Positions 1-11,937 of a stretch of 64,000 bases of DNA are shown piece by piece. The notes under the pieces were generated by a model that searched no databases, was not told where the DNA came from, and worked only from the letters and a program-made list of their open reading frames with translations. Position numbers and translations under genes: made by a program. How positions within the stretch are numbered: the first letter of the stretch is position 1; each line of letters starts with the position of its first letter. The DNA comes from Felis catus (Eukaryota): positions 7,998,001 through 8,062,000 of the forward strand of contig NC_058382.1 in NCBI RefSeq assembly GCF_018350175.1, read 5' to 3'.

Positions 1-44
1 CCATGCCCCAGCTCACCCCACCTCCATTCTCCACCTGTCCTTAC

Positions 45-222
45 CTGCCAGGGGCTCTCCTCCCCCTGGGAGCCCACCCTCCAGGGCTCCCCCAAGGATT
101 TCATAGGAGCCGAGGGGGGCAGGGGCCAGGGGGAGTTTCCCATAGTCTACGAGCCAGCCCAGACCGCTAGCTGGGAGCAGGGCCCTGTCCAGCTCCAGCC
201 CCAGGGTCGCCAGGAGTGACAT
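45..222 (-). CDS. ATF5: ATF5 bZIP transcription factor, first coding exon (partial; gene continues off the left edge)
   Basis: ATG at 222 gives [59 protein letters not shown], the ATF5 N-terminus. Exon spans 341..45 with acceptor TAG at 344-342 and donor GTAAG after 45. Confidence 0.97.
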
Positions 223-1658
223 GGCTGCAGCACGGGCTCTGGGCACGGGTCGCAATGAAGAAGGCTGAACCAACAGCTAGAAGGAGGCTCTGGAAGTTGC
301 TCAGCGGGGCAAAGACAGGCACCAAGGTGAAAGTGGAAGACCTACATGTGAGACAAAAGTAGTCAGTGTCAGAGGCTATCCACAGCCAAAGTCACAGGGT
401 AACCAAGCCACACCCCCAAGTCCCCAGGGTCTTCCCTTCCGCCTTCCAACTAGGCTCGAGACTGCACCTTGCGCTCGCAGAATTCTAAACCAATGCTTTC
501 TTTCCCCAAATCTCTGGGCCCCACCCACTCCCAAGGGAATTCTCTTTAGCCCTCACTCACTTTCCTTTAGAATATCCAAGCCCCACTCCTTCCAATATAG
601 AAACATAATGGTCTCCCAGGGGAATTTCCTTAAGCCCCTCCCAGCCCCCCCCCCCCGCAATTATTCAACTTCATAAAAAACTCAATCCCACAATTTTCTT
701 CCAGCCACACCCCTTCTTTAGGCTCCACCCTATCCCTAGATGCAAGCTCGAATCGGTTCTCAGGGGACTTGCCCCAGCCCCGCCCCTTTGTCAACGTAGA
801 ACACCAAGTCCCACTCTTTCCTTTCAACTTTGCGGTGACCCCCTCTAGCCCCGCCCCCATTCTTACCTTAACCCCACCCCTTCCCGAAGGCCCCGCTTTG
901 TCTATTGAAACCCCACCCCTCAGCGTTGTTTGCTTAGCCCCGCCCCCTCTCACAATGGGCTCCCCAAGGCCCCACCCTTTGCAACCAAGGTGATCCTAGC
1001 TCCACCCCCTTCTTAACAGGTTGCCCCTAAGCCTCGCCTTACGCCCAATCTAAATCAGTCCCCCTCCCCCGAGCGGGTGCCTGAGTCAAAGGTAAGTTGT
1101 GCTGTGCGCCTGAGCAACATGGAGCGGGAGAGTGGAGGGGCCGGCAGATAACAGCTCCCCACCCCTGACCCTTCCACACGCGGCTCTCTAGCCGAGGGCC
1201 AAAGCGCATGCTCCGCCACCGAGCCAACTGCTCTTACGCCTGCGGGGGATCGGGGGGTCAGGGCGCATGTGCCGTTGCTTCCGTCCGCCCTTCACACAGA
1301 AATGCGGGCTCTGGTGGCTCGTGCACGTGAGCAACCGCTCGCGGACAGACTTGCTCAAGGAGATGGTGGGTGGGAGACAACGCACCCTCTCTAGGGGCTA
1401 GTGCGCAGGCGCACCTGCACACAGGCCATCTTTAAACACCAACATTCTCAAGAACGCACCCTTCCCCCCATCGGCCCAAATGCGCATGCCTGGCCACGCG
1501 CCGACGGCGCGTCTTTTCTCTTCTGCGCTTGCGCGACCGTGATTCCTCACTCTCGTCTCCCCACCCCACCCCCACGAGACCTGGTGGAGAAGGCCGCGAG
1601 CTTCGAAAGGGCGGGAAAGGCGGTTGGAGAGGGAGGGGCGAGCGGTTACTCACTCCAT
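167..1658 (-). other. ATF5: ATF5 uORF2 (59 aa, spliced, overlaps the main ORF out of frame)
   Basis: ATG GA|GTGAGT at 1658-1654 spliced to 341 reads MESSTFTLVPVFAPLS...GQGPAPS, stop TAG at 169-167. This overlaps the ATF5 ORF by 56 nt. Confidence 0.9.
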
Positions 1659-2320
1659 GGCTGTGGAACAGAGAGGCGGCGGCGGCCTCCGCTGAAGAAA
1701 GAAGGCGGTAGCGAAGAGCGCAAGCGCGGTGAGCGCAGAGACGGGCCGGGGCACGGAGGGGTCGCGGCTACAGAGCCATAGCCAGGGCTATGCGGGCGGA
1801 GATGGCGTCGCGGTAGTCTGAGGAGAGATTGTGATGTGAGGATGGGGAATGAGGCGGCCCCGGGGACTGGGGACAGATATACCGCGGGTGGCGCAGCACA
1901 GCCCGCCAGGATCCTTCCGCGCTCCGCCCCACCCCACGAGGTCCCAACCGGGGGGCGGGCCTGGTCCCTACCTCTCGGGGATCCTGGGATCCAGTCCCCT
2001 CCTCCTCCCGACCCCTAGAGTTCGACCTTTCCCTTCCTCCTATTTGGGGATTCACCCTCCTCATCTTTCCTACCCCGGGGGTTCCGAGCTTCCCTTTCCT
2101 CTGACTCTGGGATCCAGCCTCCCCCCGCGATTTTCTGGATTCGGTCCCCTTCCCCCCCCCCCCCCCCCGAGCTGCACCAGTTCACTTTTCCCCCCGCTTC
2201 CCGAATTTCCGGCCAGCCACACGCTAGTGTCCTCATCCCCCAACTGCCCCACGCTAAGAAACCTTTTTGTGGGTTAGAGTCTGGGGTGAGTCACGATGAG
2301 ATCGCGCGCCTTTCAAATCT
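760..2320. promoter_or_regulatory. CpG-rich overlapping head-to-head promoter region of ATF5 (-) and NUP62/long IL4I1 (+)
   Basis: High CpG density. GC/GT boxes at 776-1010, NRF1-like GCGCATG/TGCGCAGGCGCA at 1204, 1263, 1402, 1481, TGAGTCA at 1082 and 2287. Candidate + donors: AAG|GTAAGT (1091), CAC|GTGAGC (1326), GCG|GTGAGC (1728). Candidate - donor GGC|GTAAGA (1238) for an alternative ATF5 exon 1. Confidence 0.8.
1768..1779 (-). other. ATF5: ATF5 uORF1 (Met-Ala-Leu-stop) in 5'UTR-alpha exon 1
   Basis: ATG GCT CTG TAG on the minus strand, matching the known 3-codon reinitiation uORF of ATF5. Confidence 0.9.
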
Positions 2321-3431
2321 CAGACCTTCGAGGGTGGCAAGTGACAAGGTCTCTAGTCTCGTAGATTGGGGACTAACTACCTGTAATGAGGAGGATTAAT
2401 AAATCAGGTATACCTGGTGAGGTTGCTTGTTGGAATCAAATAGGTCGATGCCTGTGAAACCGAGAGCCGGGCTCTTACGTACCTGTTCAGCGTATTTTAT
2501 TTTATTTTTCAACGTTTTTTATTTTCATTTTTATTTTTCAACATATTTTATTTTTAATAGGAACCCTTACCCCTTCCTCCCGCTCTGGCAAAAGCCCCGG
2601 ACATTTGAACATCCAGCATGTGCTAGTAGGTCACTCCTTCAAGGTCTCAGTAATTTCCAGCCATCCCCACCCTTCCCCATCGTAGATGACGGACGCTCAG
2701 CACATCCCTGTGTGGGGTGCGGAGAAGCCAGCATCATCACCGTAACTGCCTTTTCTCCATCCTCTTACTCTCCATCAGCTTATTTCTGCATCAGCTCTTA
2801 TCCTCAGCACTTCTTTCAAAAGGTCCTCTGCTTCAGCTGTCCCCCCCCCCCCCCCATCAATTTCCCAAACCTGCCGGAAATAGTGAGATCTGCACTTCCC
2901 TTTACTAAACAGAGGGGCTTCCTGGCCATTCCCTTCCTGTGCAGTAGGCCCTCCACTAGCCCAGGTGGTTTTGGGTCTTTGCTTCAGAAACCCTTCCCCA
3001 CTCTGCATCTGCCCACAGCAGGACACCTGGAGTTCAGCTTTCCTCGCTTGTGAGGGTTATGAGATCCAAAGAAAGTGGGGGAACCCTGAACTTGAGGGGT
3101 ATCTGGGAATGAAGACGTGCAGGCTTCTGTTACATGCAGAAAATCCTTCTTGGGATCGGACCACTTTCACTTAGAGCACTAGCTGTCCAGTCTGCCAGTG
3201 TTTGAGGACTTGACCTACATGATTACCTGGGGCGCACAGAGTCTCAGTTAAGCACAGACTGTGGCGCTAGGTCGTTGGGTTCAAACCCTGACTCTACCCC
3301 ACTTATTAGCTTATTGGCAATTTCGCTTACTTCCCTGTGCCTCAGTCTCCATTAATAGTACCAGAAGAAAGTATGAAGTTTAGTTAATAGAAACATAGCA
3401 ATATACATGGCAGTTTAGAGTGCCTACTTCT

Positions 3432-3525
3432 TGGGTGCCTGACTGGCTCAGTTAGTAGAGCATGCGACTTGATCTTGGGGCCGTGAGTTTGAGCCCCACA
3501 TCAGGAGTAGAGTTTGCAGAACAAT
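3432..3525 (+). mobile_element. Short older CAN-SINE inserted into a MIR-like element
   Basis: GGGTGCCTGACTGGCTCAGTTAGTAGAGCATGCGAC tRNA-derived head, flanked by near-duplicate AGTGCCTAC(T/A)TCTT. Confidence 0.7.
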
Positions 3526-5669
3526 AGTGCCTACATCTTAGTACTGTTATGAGGATTAAATCAATTCAGGTCGAGCACTTAGATTAGTGCCTGGCAGACA
3601 GGTGCTACATAAGTAGTGGTGGTGGTTGTTACTGAGGCAGCTGTGTTTTATCCCCACTGCTAAGCAGTAAGTGCTTTAAAAGATCTCCCAGCCTTTTAAG
3701 TGAGGCTTAAGGACCGACCTTCCTTCTACTTCTCAGTATAGATATTTGAGCCATAGGTAGGATTAGGACGGACTGCTGGCAGAGAGTCGTGTCCCCCCCA
3801 CTACCCACCAAAGTCTGAGTTTTTTTCTGAAAAGATATTCTATGATATACATGTGGACTAGATCTACAGAAAAGTCACAAAGATAGTACAGAGAGTTTCC
3901 ATATACCCCTCATCTAGTTTTCCCCCTCGTTGGCATCTAACATTACTGTGGTACATGGGTCACAACTAAAGAACCCACACAGATAAGGGGGTTTTAAAGT
4001 GCATGCTTTATTCTCATTTCACTAGTTGTTCTTAATGCTGTTTTTTTGTTCTAGATGCCGTATCACATTTAGTCGTCATGTCTCCTTAGCCTCTGGTCTC
4101 TGCAGCAGTTTCTCAGACTTTCCTAGTCTTTTCATGATCTTGGCAGTTTTGAAGAGTTGGTCATTCTGTAGAATATTCCTCAATTTGGTTTTGTCTCGTA
4201 GACTGGGATTATGGGTTTTTGAGAGGGTGGCCAGGTAGGATATTTGTTAGTTACTGGACATGAACTTGCTTAGTATGGGAATCATGTTGCCGGCTGCATG
4301 CCACATATGCTGACTGAGGAGACACTGGGGCAGGGACCCTGGTCCTCTTGTCCCAGCCCCTTGCAGCTTTTTCTCTCCCTAGCTGTTGGATCTCACCCGG
4401 TTCAGCCCTGGTGCCAGCTGTCCCATCAAAGCAGCTTGACTGATTCCTACTGAGTGGGTGCCAGTTCACACACTTAGCTCCCTAGCCCTTCCCGGTGTAT
4501 TCTAATTTGTGACTGGTGGGTCATCCATGGCCACCTGTGAACCCCGGTCTTGGCACCCCAAGCCCTTGACCCCAGACCCATGGCACCTCCAGGACTCAAA
4601 TGCCGCTGCCTCCCCAAGACTTGCAGTCTTGCACGTGGGTCCAGGTGCCCCAGTCCCTTCAACTCCTGAGCTGGGGCTGGGAGCATGGGCGGGGCTTCTG
4701 GGGACTCTTTTTCAGTGCGGAGGAGCCAGGCTTGGGGAGTGCAGTGGCCATTGCAGGCAGGTTGCATCACCCTGGCTCTTTGATGGGAGGGGGAGTGGGG
4801 GGATTCTCTGGGGGCCCTGGCGCACCTGGCAACAGTTCCTGGTTAGCGAGGCCCTAGAGGCCTGGGTTGGGGAGGGGCCCCAGCGCTGCGAGGGAGGGAG
4901 AAGGAGAGCAGCCACCTATGCAGGATCCCGAGTGTCTGAGACCAGTGTTGAGAAGAGGCCTCAGCTCACAGGCCGACCTGCTGGTCCTGCAGGGGCAAGA
5001 CTGAGGCCCTGAGAGGTGAAGGGGGTTGTGCGCAGTCACACCGCTAGTTAGAGCCCAGGCCTCCACAATACCGCATAGCTTTCAAGACCCCACAAGCCCC
5101 AGGGAGAGCCTGTCTTCTTTAGGCTCTGTGAGGTCCCTGACCCGCAGTCCAGGGCATAGCCTGCCGGGAGGCCGCCTCATCTAGACCTTCACCTCAGGTT
5201 TGCCGCTGCTCACGATTGCCAAATTCCATCGATTCCGACCTGTTCCTCCCCATCTTCCTGCCCCAGTGGAGGCCCTCCTCACCAGCCACCCCTCACTGTT
5301 TCCCAATCAAGGTGACTGGGCCTGGCATGATAGAAAAGGCACCCAGTTGGCATCAGACGGACCTAGATTCTCTCTGAAGAGGTGCTAGGGCAGGTACCGG
5401 GGTCATGCAGGCCCGGAAGGGGGCAGGAGTTGGAGGTGGGTGTCCTGGCAAACAAGGGCAGGAGGGCCAAGGCCAGCCCGGTTGGGGAAAGGGCGGTACA
5501 GGGGCCAGGCATGCAGAGCATAAGTCCACCACGTGGCCTAGTAGCTCAGAGTCCTCGGGAGCCCTTCCGCTGCTCCTGGGGTGTCTCCCTCGGCAGAAGC
5601 AGCCACCGCCCTTCAAGCCTGGGTGGGCCCCACATGGCTGTACTGGCTCCGGCACCCTCGGTGCTCATC

Positions 5670-6115
5670 TTCTGTGTTTGTTTCCCGTGGCTATTGCAAC
5701 AGACCATCATAAACGCAGTGGCTCAGATCAACACACTTTCGTTCCCTTTCACTTCTGAAGACTGAAAGTCTACAATAGGTTTGCAGGGCCGTGTTCCTTC
5801 TGGAGGGAGGCTCAAGGGGAGAATCCATTTTCTTGCCTTTTCTAGAGGCGCCTGTGTTCCTCAGCTCATGGCCCTTCTCGCATCACTCAGACCTTTGCTT
5901 CTATCGTCTCCTCTCCCATTTTCTCCTTTGATCCTCTTGCCCTCCCACTTACATTACATTAGGGTTCACCCAGATCATCCAGAATATCTGCATTCAGGAT
6001 CCTCAGTTTAATCATATCTGCAGACTCCCCTTTTTCCAGGTAGGGTAATCTGTTCACAGGTTGTGGGGACTAGGATGTAGACCTCTTCGGAGAGCCATTA
6101 TCCAACCTATCACAC
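5670..6115 (-). mobile_element. MLT1-type (MaLR) solo LTR
   Basis: Typical MLT1 motifs: GGGGAGAATCCATTTTCTTGCCTTTTCTAG, ATTACATTAGGGTTCACCCAGATCATCCAG, TTCACAGGTT. Confidence 0.7.
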
Positions 6116-8465
6116 CTCCCAAGGGAGCCTATTTTCTCATCGGAAGATGAAAGCTAGGGCCAGCCCTAGGGTGCCCCCTCCTGTGCCCACAGGGACTGGC
6201 TATAGGAAGAGGACTGGGCAAACTGGAGGTAGTTGACAGCCTAGTGCCCAGAGCTCAAGATGCCATCACTTACTGCACTGTGGCCTCCAGCAAGATACCG
6301 GGCCCTTGTGTGCTGCAGTGGTCTCATCACTAAAGTAGGGACAATAACAGAACCCTCAGAGGGCAGTGGTGCAGACAGATAATACACGAAAAGGCGTAGA
6401 ACAGTTCCTGGCTCAACGAACAAGCCTCTCCTTAAACGCAAAGGGCCTGTGTTCAGGAGAGGCCAACAAAGCCCCTGGGAAACCCCAAAGGCACCTCAGG
6501 GGTGACCCCACCTTGCAGTGCAGAGCTGCTGATTTTATGAAGTTGGAAATCGAGCATTTCCTGTGAGATCCAAGTTTTAAAAGGTTGGCAAGTGATTGAG
6601 AGAAACTCCAGGGAACCATGAGTGTGGATGAGACTCAGGCTGTGGGTCCTCCCTGACCTTTGGTTCAGTGATTTCCCCTTCACCCTCAGATCTGTAATCC
6701 TCGCTGCCCAGAGCAGAGAACAAAAGGAACCAAGTACTTCCATTCCAGAGTTGCTGAAAGTTGAGACCACACCGCTCCCTGCTGAACTGATCAAGATTGA
6801 GGATGAGCAGGGCCTTGCTCAGCCCCAGCCCCATCTAGAGTCGAGAGGACAGTGTTCGTGGGGAGCAGGGAAGGAGGCCTCTCAGGAATTGTCGTTGAGG
6901 GTCAAATGCCTGCTAAAGAGGGGCTGGTGTCTTACTCCCCCGTCTGTTCCTCATCTGTCCGCGCCTCATGCCAGAGGCTGCCAGGAGCACCTATAGTTGA
7001 ACATCGGGTTTCTTGCCCTCCACCATTGGGTCCCTCGGGGCATCTCAGTAAGTGGGTGTTAGGGAGAGCTTCTTGTGGGAGCTGGGTGGGGTTAGGTAGC
7101 TTTGGGAAGGGTTCGGGAAGCAGGCTTGGCTCTGGATTGGAGGCTGGGCAGCAGAGGCAAGTCCGGAACTGGGTATCTCCACTTCATCTAGAGGCAGGAG
7201 GAGTGAGCCCAGCTAATGCTATGGTTAAGGTAAGAAGCTCCCGTCTGCTCTGAGCCAGGAAGGAGATTTGGGTCATTTTTGTGCTTTGGACAAGGTTTGT
7301 GCATCTGTCTGTGTTGAAATATGATTCCAGAGTGGTCTTGTTCTGTCTCATCCACCACAGTCGGAGTGGCCCTGCCTGGTGTTCTCTGAAGTTCTGTCTG
7401 ACGGGAGCGAGCCAGGGCCTGGCTTTTCCTTTCTCAAAGCAAACGTGCCCCATCCTTCCAAATGGGGAAAGAGAGGTGGAGAGTCCCTGCCATGTGGTGG
7501 GTCACACATGCAGAGTCCCCACAGGGCTGCTTGAGCACAGAGGAATATAGCAGAACCTGAACCCAGCCAGCACTCGGGATGGCCAGTTGTAGTGGGAGCT
7601 GCGGGGAGCAAGAGACAGGCTGAGGCAGAGGCAGAGGACCACAACAGGAATGCCTCATAGGTCCCCATGAATGTGGGGACTGCCCGATGGAGAGCGCTGG
7701 GTCAGCGCCAGCAGAGCCCCGCTCTGAGTTCAAGAGCCCTTTGCCTTTCTCCTCTGCCAGCCCCCGCCCAGAGCAGGGACAGATTCCCGAGGTGGGGGCA
7801 GGAAAGAGCAGCTAATGCCCTTCTTAGCTTCTAGCCTGTGGCTGGGGACGTAGACAGCACTGAATTGGATTCAGAGTGAAACCTGAACAAGTCTGGAAGG
7901 TGATGGAGATGCCCCGGATGTCCTTAGAGAATGGGGAGTGCTAGAGATGGCACACGGTGTGGAAGGTGGACACGATGTCGCGTTGGAGAGGCTAGTGAGT
8001 GATTAGCAGCTCAGCTCTGGGATCAGATAGCCTGGGTCTGTCCTGACTACCTGTGTGACTTGGAGTAAGTTACTAAAGTTCTCTTGGCTTTAGCTTGCTC
8101 TTCTGTAAAATGGGGTTTTGAATAATTCCCACCTCATAAAGTTGGCAGTCGGTGCAGGTAAAGCACTGCCAACAGCCCAGCACATAACAAATGTCCAGAA
8201 ATATTAGCATGGTGATTGATACCCCGAGGCGGGTAGGTGTGATTGGTTTCTAGTTCTCAGAATCGAGGCCACCTTGCCCACCCCCCCTCACTTCTGGTGG
8301 CTTTCACTTGGTTCCCAGAGAAACCATTTCCATGGCAACTGTCTCTACCACAACCTGGCCTGGGCCTTTTCCTCCCCAACCAGTGACATCACTGCCTCTC
8401 CCTTGAGATGCTGGTGTTGATTACAGGGATTGAGCTGGGGAGGGAGCACAAGTGTGTGCGGTTCT

Positions 8466-8494
8466 ACACACACACACACACACACATACACACA
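8466..8494. repeat. (CA)n microsatellite
   Basis: About 14 CA units with one TA interruption. Confidence 0.9.
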
Positions 8495-8724
8495 CGGTGC
8501 TCTTAGAGTCCCTCTCCAAGTCTGAATGTCCTCTCTATGCCTAACTGCATGTCTCAAGGAGTCCCTGATAGCCTCACAGCTGAGGGCATTTCAGATCCTG
8601 TCTGGAAACTCCTCTGCCCAGTCCCTGCCCTCAAGGTAAAGTCAGGACTGAGTCTGGCCACTGCCTACTTCTGCAGGCTCACTTCTGCCCTCCTAACCCC
8701 TTCCTGGCATCTCCTACCTATTGG

Positions 8725-9480
8725 TTAGTTTATTGGCTTTTATTGAGGTATTGTATAATGTACATCCATTTATTAAAGTGAACAATTCAGTGGTTTTTAG
8801 TACATTCACAGAGTTGTCCAGTCATCACTATAATCTAATTTTCAAACATTTTCATCATCTACCCCCAAAACCCCATATCCATTCATTAGTAGTCTCTCCC
8901 CATTCCCCCATCCCTCAACCCTAGGCAGCCACTGACCTGTCTCTACATTTGCCTTTCTGGACATTTCATTGGAATGGAATCATGTCATAGAAGGTCCTTT
9001 GGCTTTCAAGGTCTATCTGTTTTGTAACATATATTAATACTTCATTGCTTTTTAAAGGCTGAATAACATTCCATTTTATGGATATACCACATTTTGTCCA
9101 TTCATCAGTTGGTGGGCATTTGGGTTGTTTCTACTTCTTGGCTATTACAAATAATGCATGCACAAGCTTGGGGTGGACATATGTGTTCATTTCTCCTGGG
9201 AGATACTTAGGAATGGGATTGCTGGATTGTAGGGTAACTCAGTGTTTAACCTTTTGAGGAATCGCCAGACTCTTGCACAGTGGCTGGACCGTTTTATATT
9301 CCCTGGCGGTGAATGAGGGTTCCAGTTTTTCCGCATCCTCGCTAACACTCCTTGTCCATCTTTATTACCATCCTATGGGGTGTGGCCTGGTATCTTCATT
9401 GTGTTGTGATTTGCGTTCCCCGGTGGCCAATGATGACGAACATCTTTTCCTATGCTTATTGGCCATTTGTGTATTTTCTC
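8725..9480 (-). mobile_element. L1M-type LINE 3' fragment
   Basis: Antisense L1 ORF2-end/3'UTR motifs (GAATAACATTCCATT, TGGGTTGTTTCTAC, GGATTGCTGGAT, TTATTGGCCATTTGTGTATTTTC). Confidence 0.75.
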
Positions 9481-9729
9481 TGACATCTTGTGGTTTTAAC
9501 GTAGGGTGTTTAACACTGTTCCATAAGGCAGCAGGCCCTTGCCTGTCCGACCATTTGCCTGGAATGAGGTATTGATCTAACCCCTCCCTACCCTAACTCT
9601 TCCATGTTCCTCAAAACTATGCTTAAATATCCTTTTTCTTCTCTAGGAGGGTTTCCCTGGCCCTCCCTTTACCCATCCCCCAGGTGAAGGTAGTCATCAT
9701 CTCCCCTAGGTTTCCAGTAGGTTCTAAGT

Positions 9730-10240
9730 CTTTTATTTTTTGCGGGGGTCAGGGGGACACAGGATCCAACGCGGCCTCTGTGTGGACGGCAGAGAGCCTG
9801 ATGTAGAGATTGAACCCATGAACCATGAGATCATGACCTGAGCCGAAGGCAGACGCTTAACTGACTGAACCATCCAGGCACCCCTTTAAATTAAAAAAAA
9901 ATTTTTTTTAATACTCATTTTTGAGAGAGAGACAGAATACGAGTCTGGGAGGAGCAGAGAAGGGGGGTGGGCACAGAATCCAAAGCAGGCTCCAGGCTCT
10001 GAGCTATCAGCACAGAGCCCAGTGTAGGGCTTGAACACACAAACTGTGAGATCACGACCTGAGCTGAAGTCGGACACTTAACTGACTGAGCCACCCAGGT
10101 GCCCCTAAATTTTTTTTTTTTTTAATGTTTGTTTACTTTGATAGAAAAAGCAAGTGAGAATCCCAAGGAGACTCTGCACTGTTAGTAGAGAGCCCAACCC
10201 AGGGCTCCATCTCATGAACTGTGAGCCACCCAGGTGCCCC
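9730..10240 (-). mobile_element. Cluster of three tandem CAN-SINEs (SINEC_Fc-like)
   Basis: Three successive ...ACTGAGCCACCCAGG(T/C)GCCCC-like termini at about 9884, 10104 and 10240, each preceded by a T-rich tail. Confidence 0.9.
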
Positions 10241-11010
10241 AAGACCTTACTGTATTCATCTTGACTTTGAAGTTCATGTTGACATTGGACAAGTTACTTA
10301 ACTCTAAAAGGGAAATAGTAATGGTACCTGTCTCATGGTTGGAGTTAGTATACAAAAAGCATCTGGCACAAAGAAACTCCTGGATGCCATTGACATCCAT
10401 TTAGTGCCATTGGCAACCATTTAGTGAGTGCCTGCGATGGCCAGCAACCATTACTAACTGGGAATACAGCAGTGGAAGTCACAGACAAAAATGCTGCCCC
10501 TCATGTAGCCGACATCCTAATGGAGAGACAATAAATGAGATCCGTGAGGTCAGTATATTATTTCAGATGGTGCTAAGTCCTAAGGATAGCCAGGGAGAAC
10601 CTCACTGAGTAGGTGAGCAAAGGCTGAAGAAAGTAAAGGAGTGAACCCTGGGGACGCTTAAGGGAGAACATTTCAGGAGAAGGGACCAGCAAGTGCAAAG
10701 GCCCTGAGGCAGGAGTACTTTAGGCCTCAACAACAGGTGGGGCTGGAGTGCAATAACGGAGGCAATGAGAGTACCTTTTGGCTGTTGGGAATAGTGCTCC
10801 TGTGAATATTTGTGTATAAGTTTTTGAGTATCTGTTTTCCATTCTGGTAATTTTTTTATTCATATTTAAATATCACTCTGGGTTTCATGAAAATGGTAGC
10901 CATACCGTATATTACTGTCTTTGTTTGCCCAGCACAGGGTCTGTCCTGTTCTACATCTTAGTGGACTTAGTGCCAACACATGCTGGCATATAATGAGTGC
11001 TGAATGGTGC

Positions 11011-11216
11011 TTTTTTTTTTCTTTAAGTTTATTCTGAAAGAGTGAGTGTGCTTGAGTGGGGGAGGGACAGAGAGATGGGGAGAGAGAATCCCAAGCAGGC
11101 TCCGTGCTGTCAGTGAAAAGCTTGATGCGGGGCTCGATGTCACAAACCATGAGATCGTGACTTGAGTCGAAACCAAGAGTCAGATGCTTATCGGATTGAG
11201 CCACCCAGGCGCCCCT
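11011..11216 (-). mobile_element. CAN-SINE
   Basis: T-tail, (AG)n segment and TGAGCCACCCAGGCGCCCC end. Confidence 0.9.
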
Positions 11217-11731
11217 GAATGGTTAGTGCTTTTATCTTTATTTTTTAGTAAGTGCAGTTGGTACATCAGATGGGTGGGACTTTCCTAATCTCACGTGCTG
11301 GCAAGTTGTAGGGAAATGATTCTCTTTAGGAACCAGGATAAAAACAGGTATAGGCAGGTTGGAGGGCAATTTGGTCATCCCCAGTAAAACCAAACTGCAA
11401 GTGTCCACAGCCAGCAACTCTGCTTCTGGAGATGATCCTGGAAAAATGCACCTGTGCCAAAGGTGTGAATGAGCAATGCTTGTTGCCATATTGTTCAGGA
11501 AAAGAAAAATCGGAGTCATTTCATTTCCTCAGGCTCTGAATGCACACACAAGTTTGCAGATAAAAGATACGCAACAGCTTTTAACAGCGGTTACCTCACA
11601 GGTGTGGGCACCAGGGTGGAGGGTAGTGTTAAGAGAATCTTAGCTCTGTTGGTGATGTGCAAGACATTATTTTAAAGGAAGGACTGATGTAGTAATTCTG
11701 TAGTTAAAATATGAATGTTAAAAATGCAGCT

Positions 11732-11937
11732 AGGGGCCCCTGGGTGGCTCAGTCGGTTAAGCATCTGACTTCAGCTCTGGTCATGATCTCACAGCTCATG
11801 AGGTTGAGCCCCACATCGGGCTCTCTTGTCGTCAGCATAGAGCCCACTTAGGAGTCTCTGTCCCCCCCACCCCCACCCCTCCCCTGCGCACATGCTCGTG
11901 TGTGTGCACTCTCTCTCAAAAATAAACATTTTTTTAA
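11732..11937 (+). mobile_element. CAN-SINE
   Basis: GGGGCCCCTGGGTGGCTCAGTCGGTTAAGCATCTGACTT head and CTCTCTCAAAAATAAACA tail. Confidence 0.9.

Noticed and set aside
2427-3053. 208-aa ORF with hydrophobic Phe-rich start
   Set aside because: TTG start and T-rich low-complexity tract. The region probably holds a non-coding NUP62 exon whose boundaries I could not fix.
4474-5660. Pro-rich minus-strand translations that look like a decayed exon
   Set aside because: Multiple stops, no family recognised, and explained by GC-rich composition.
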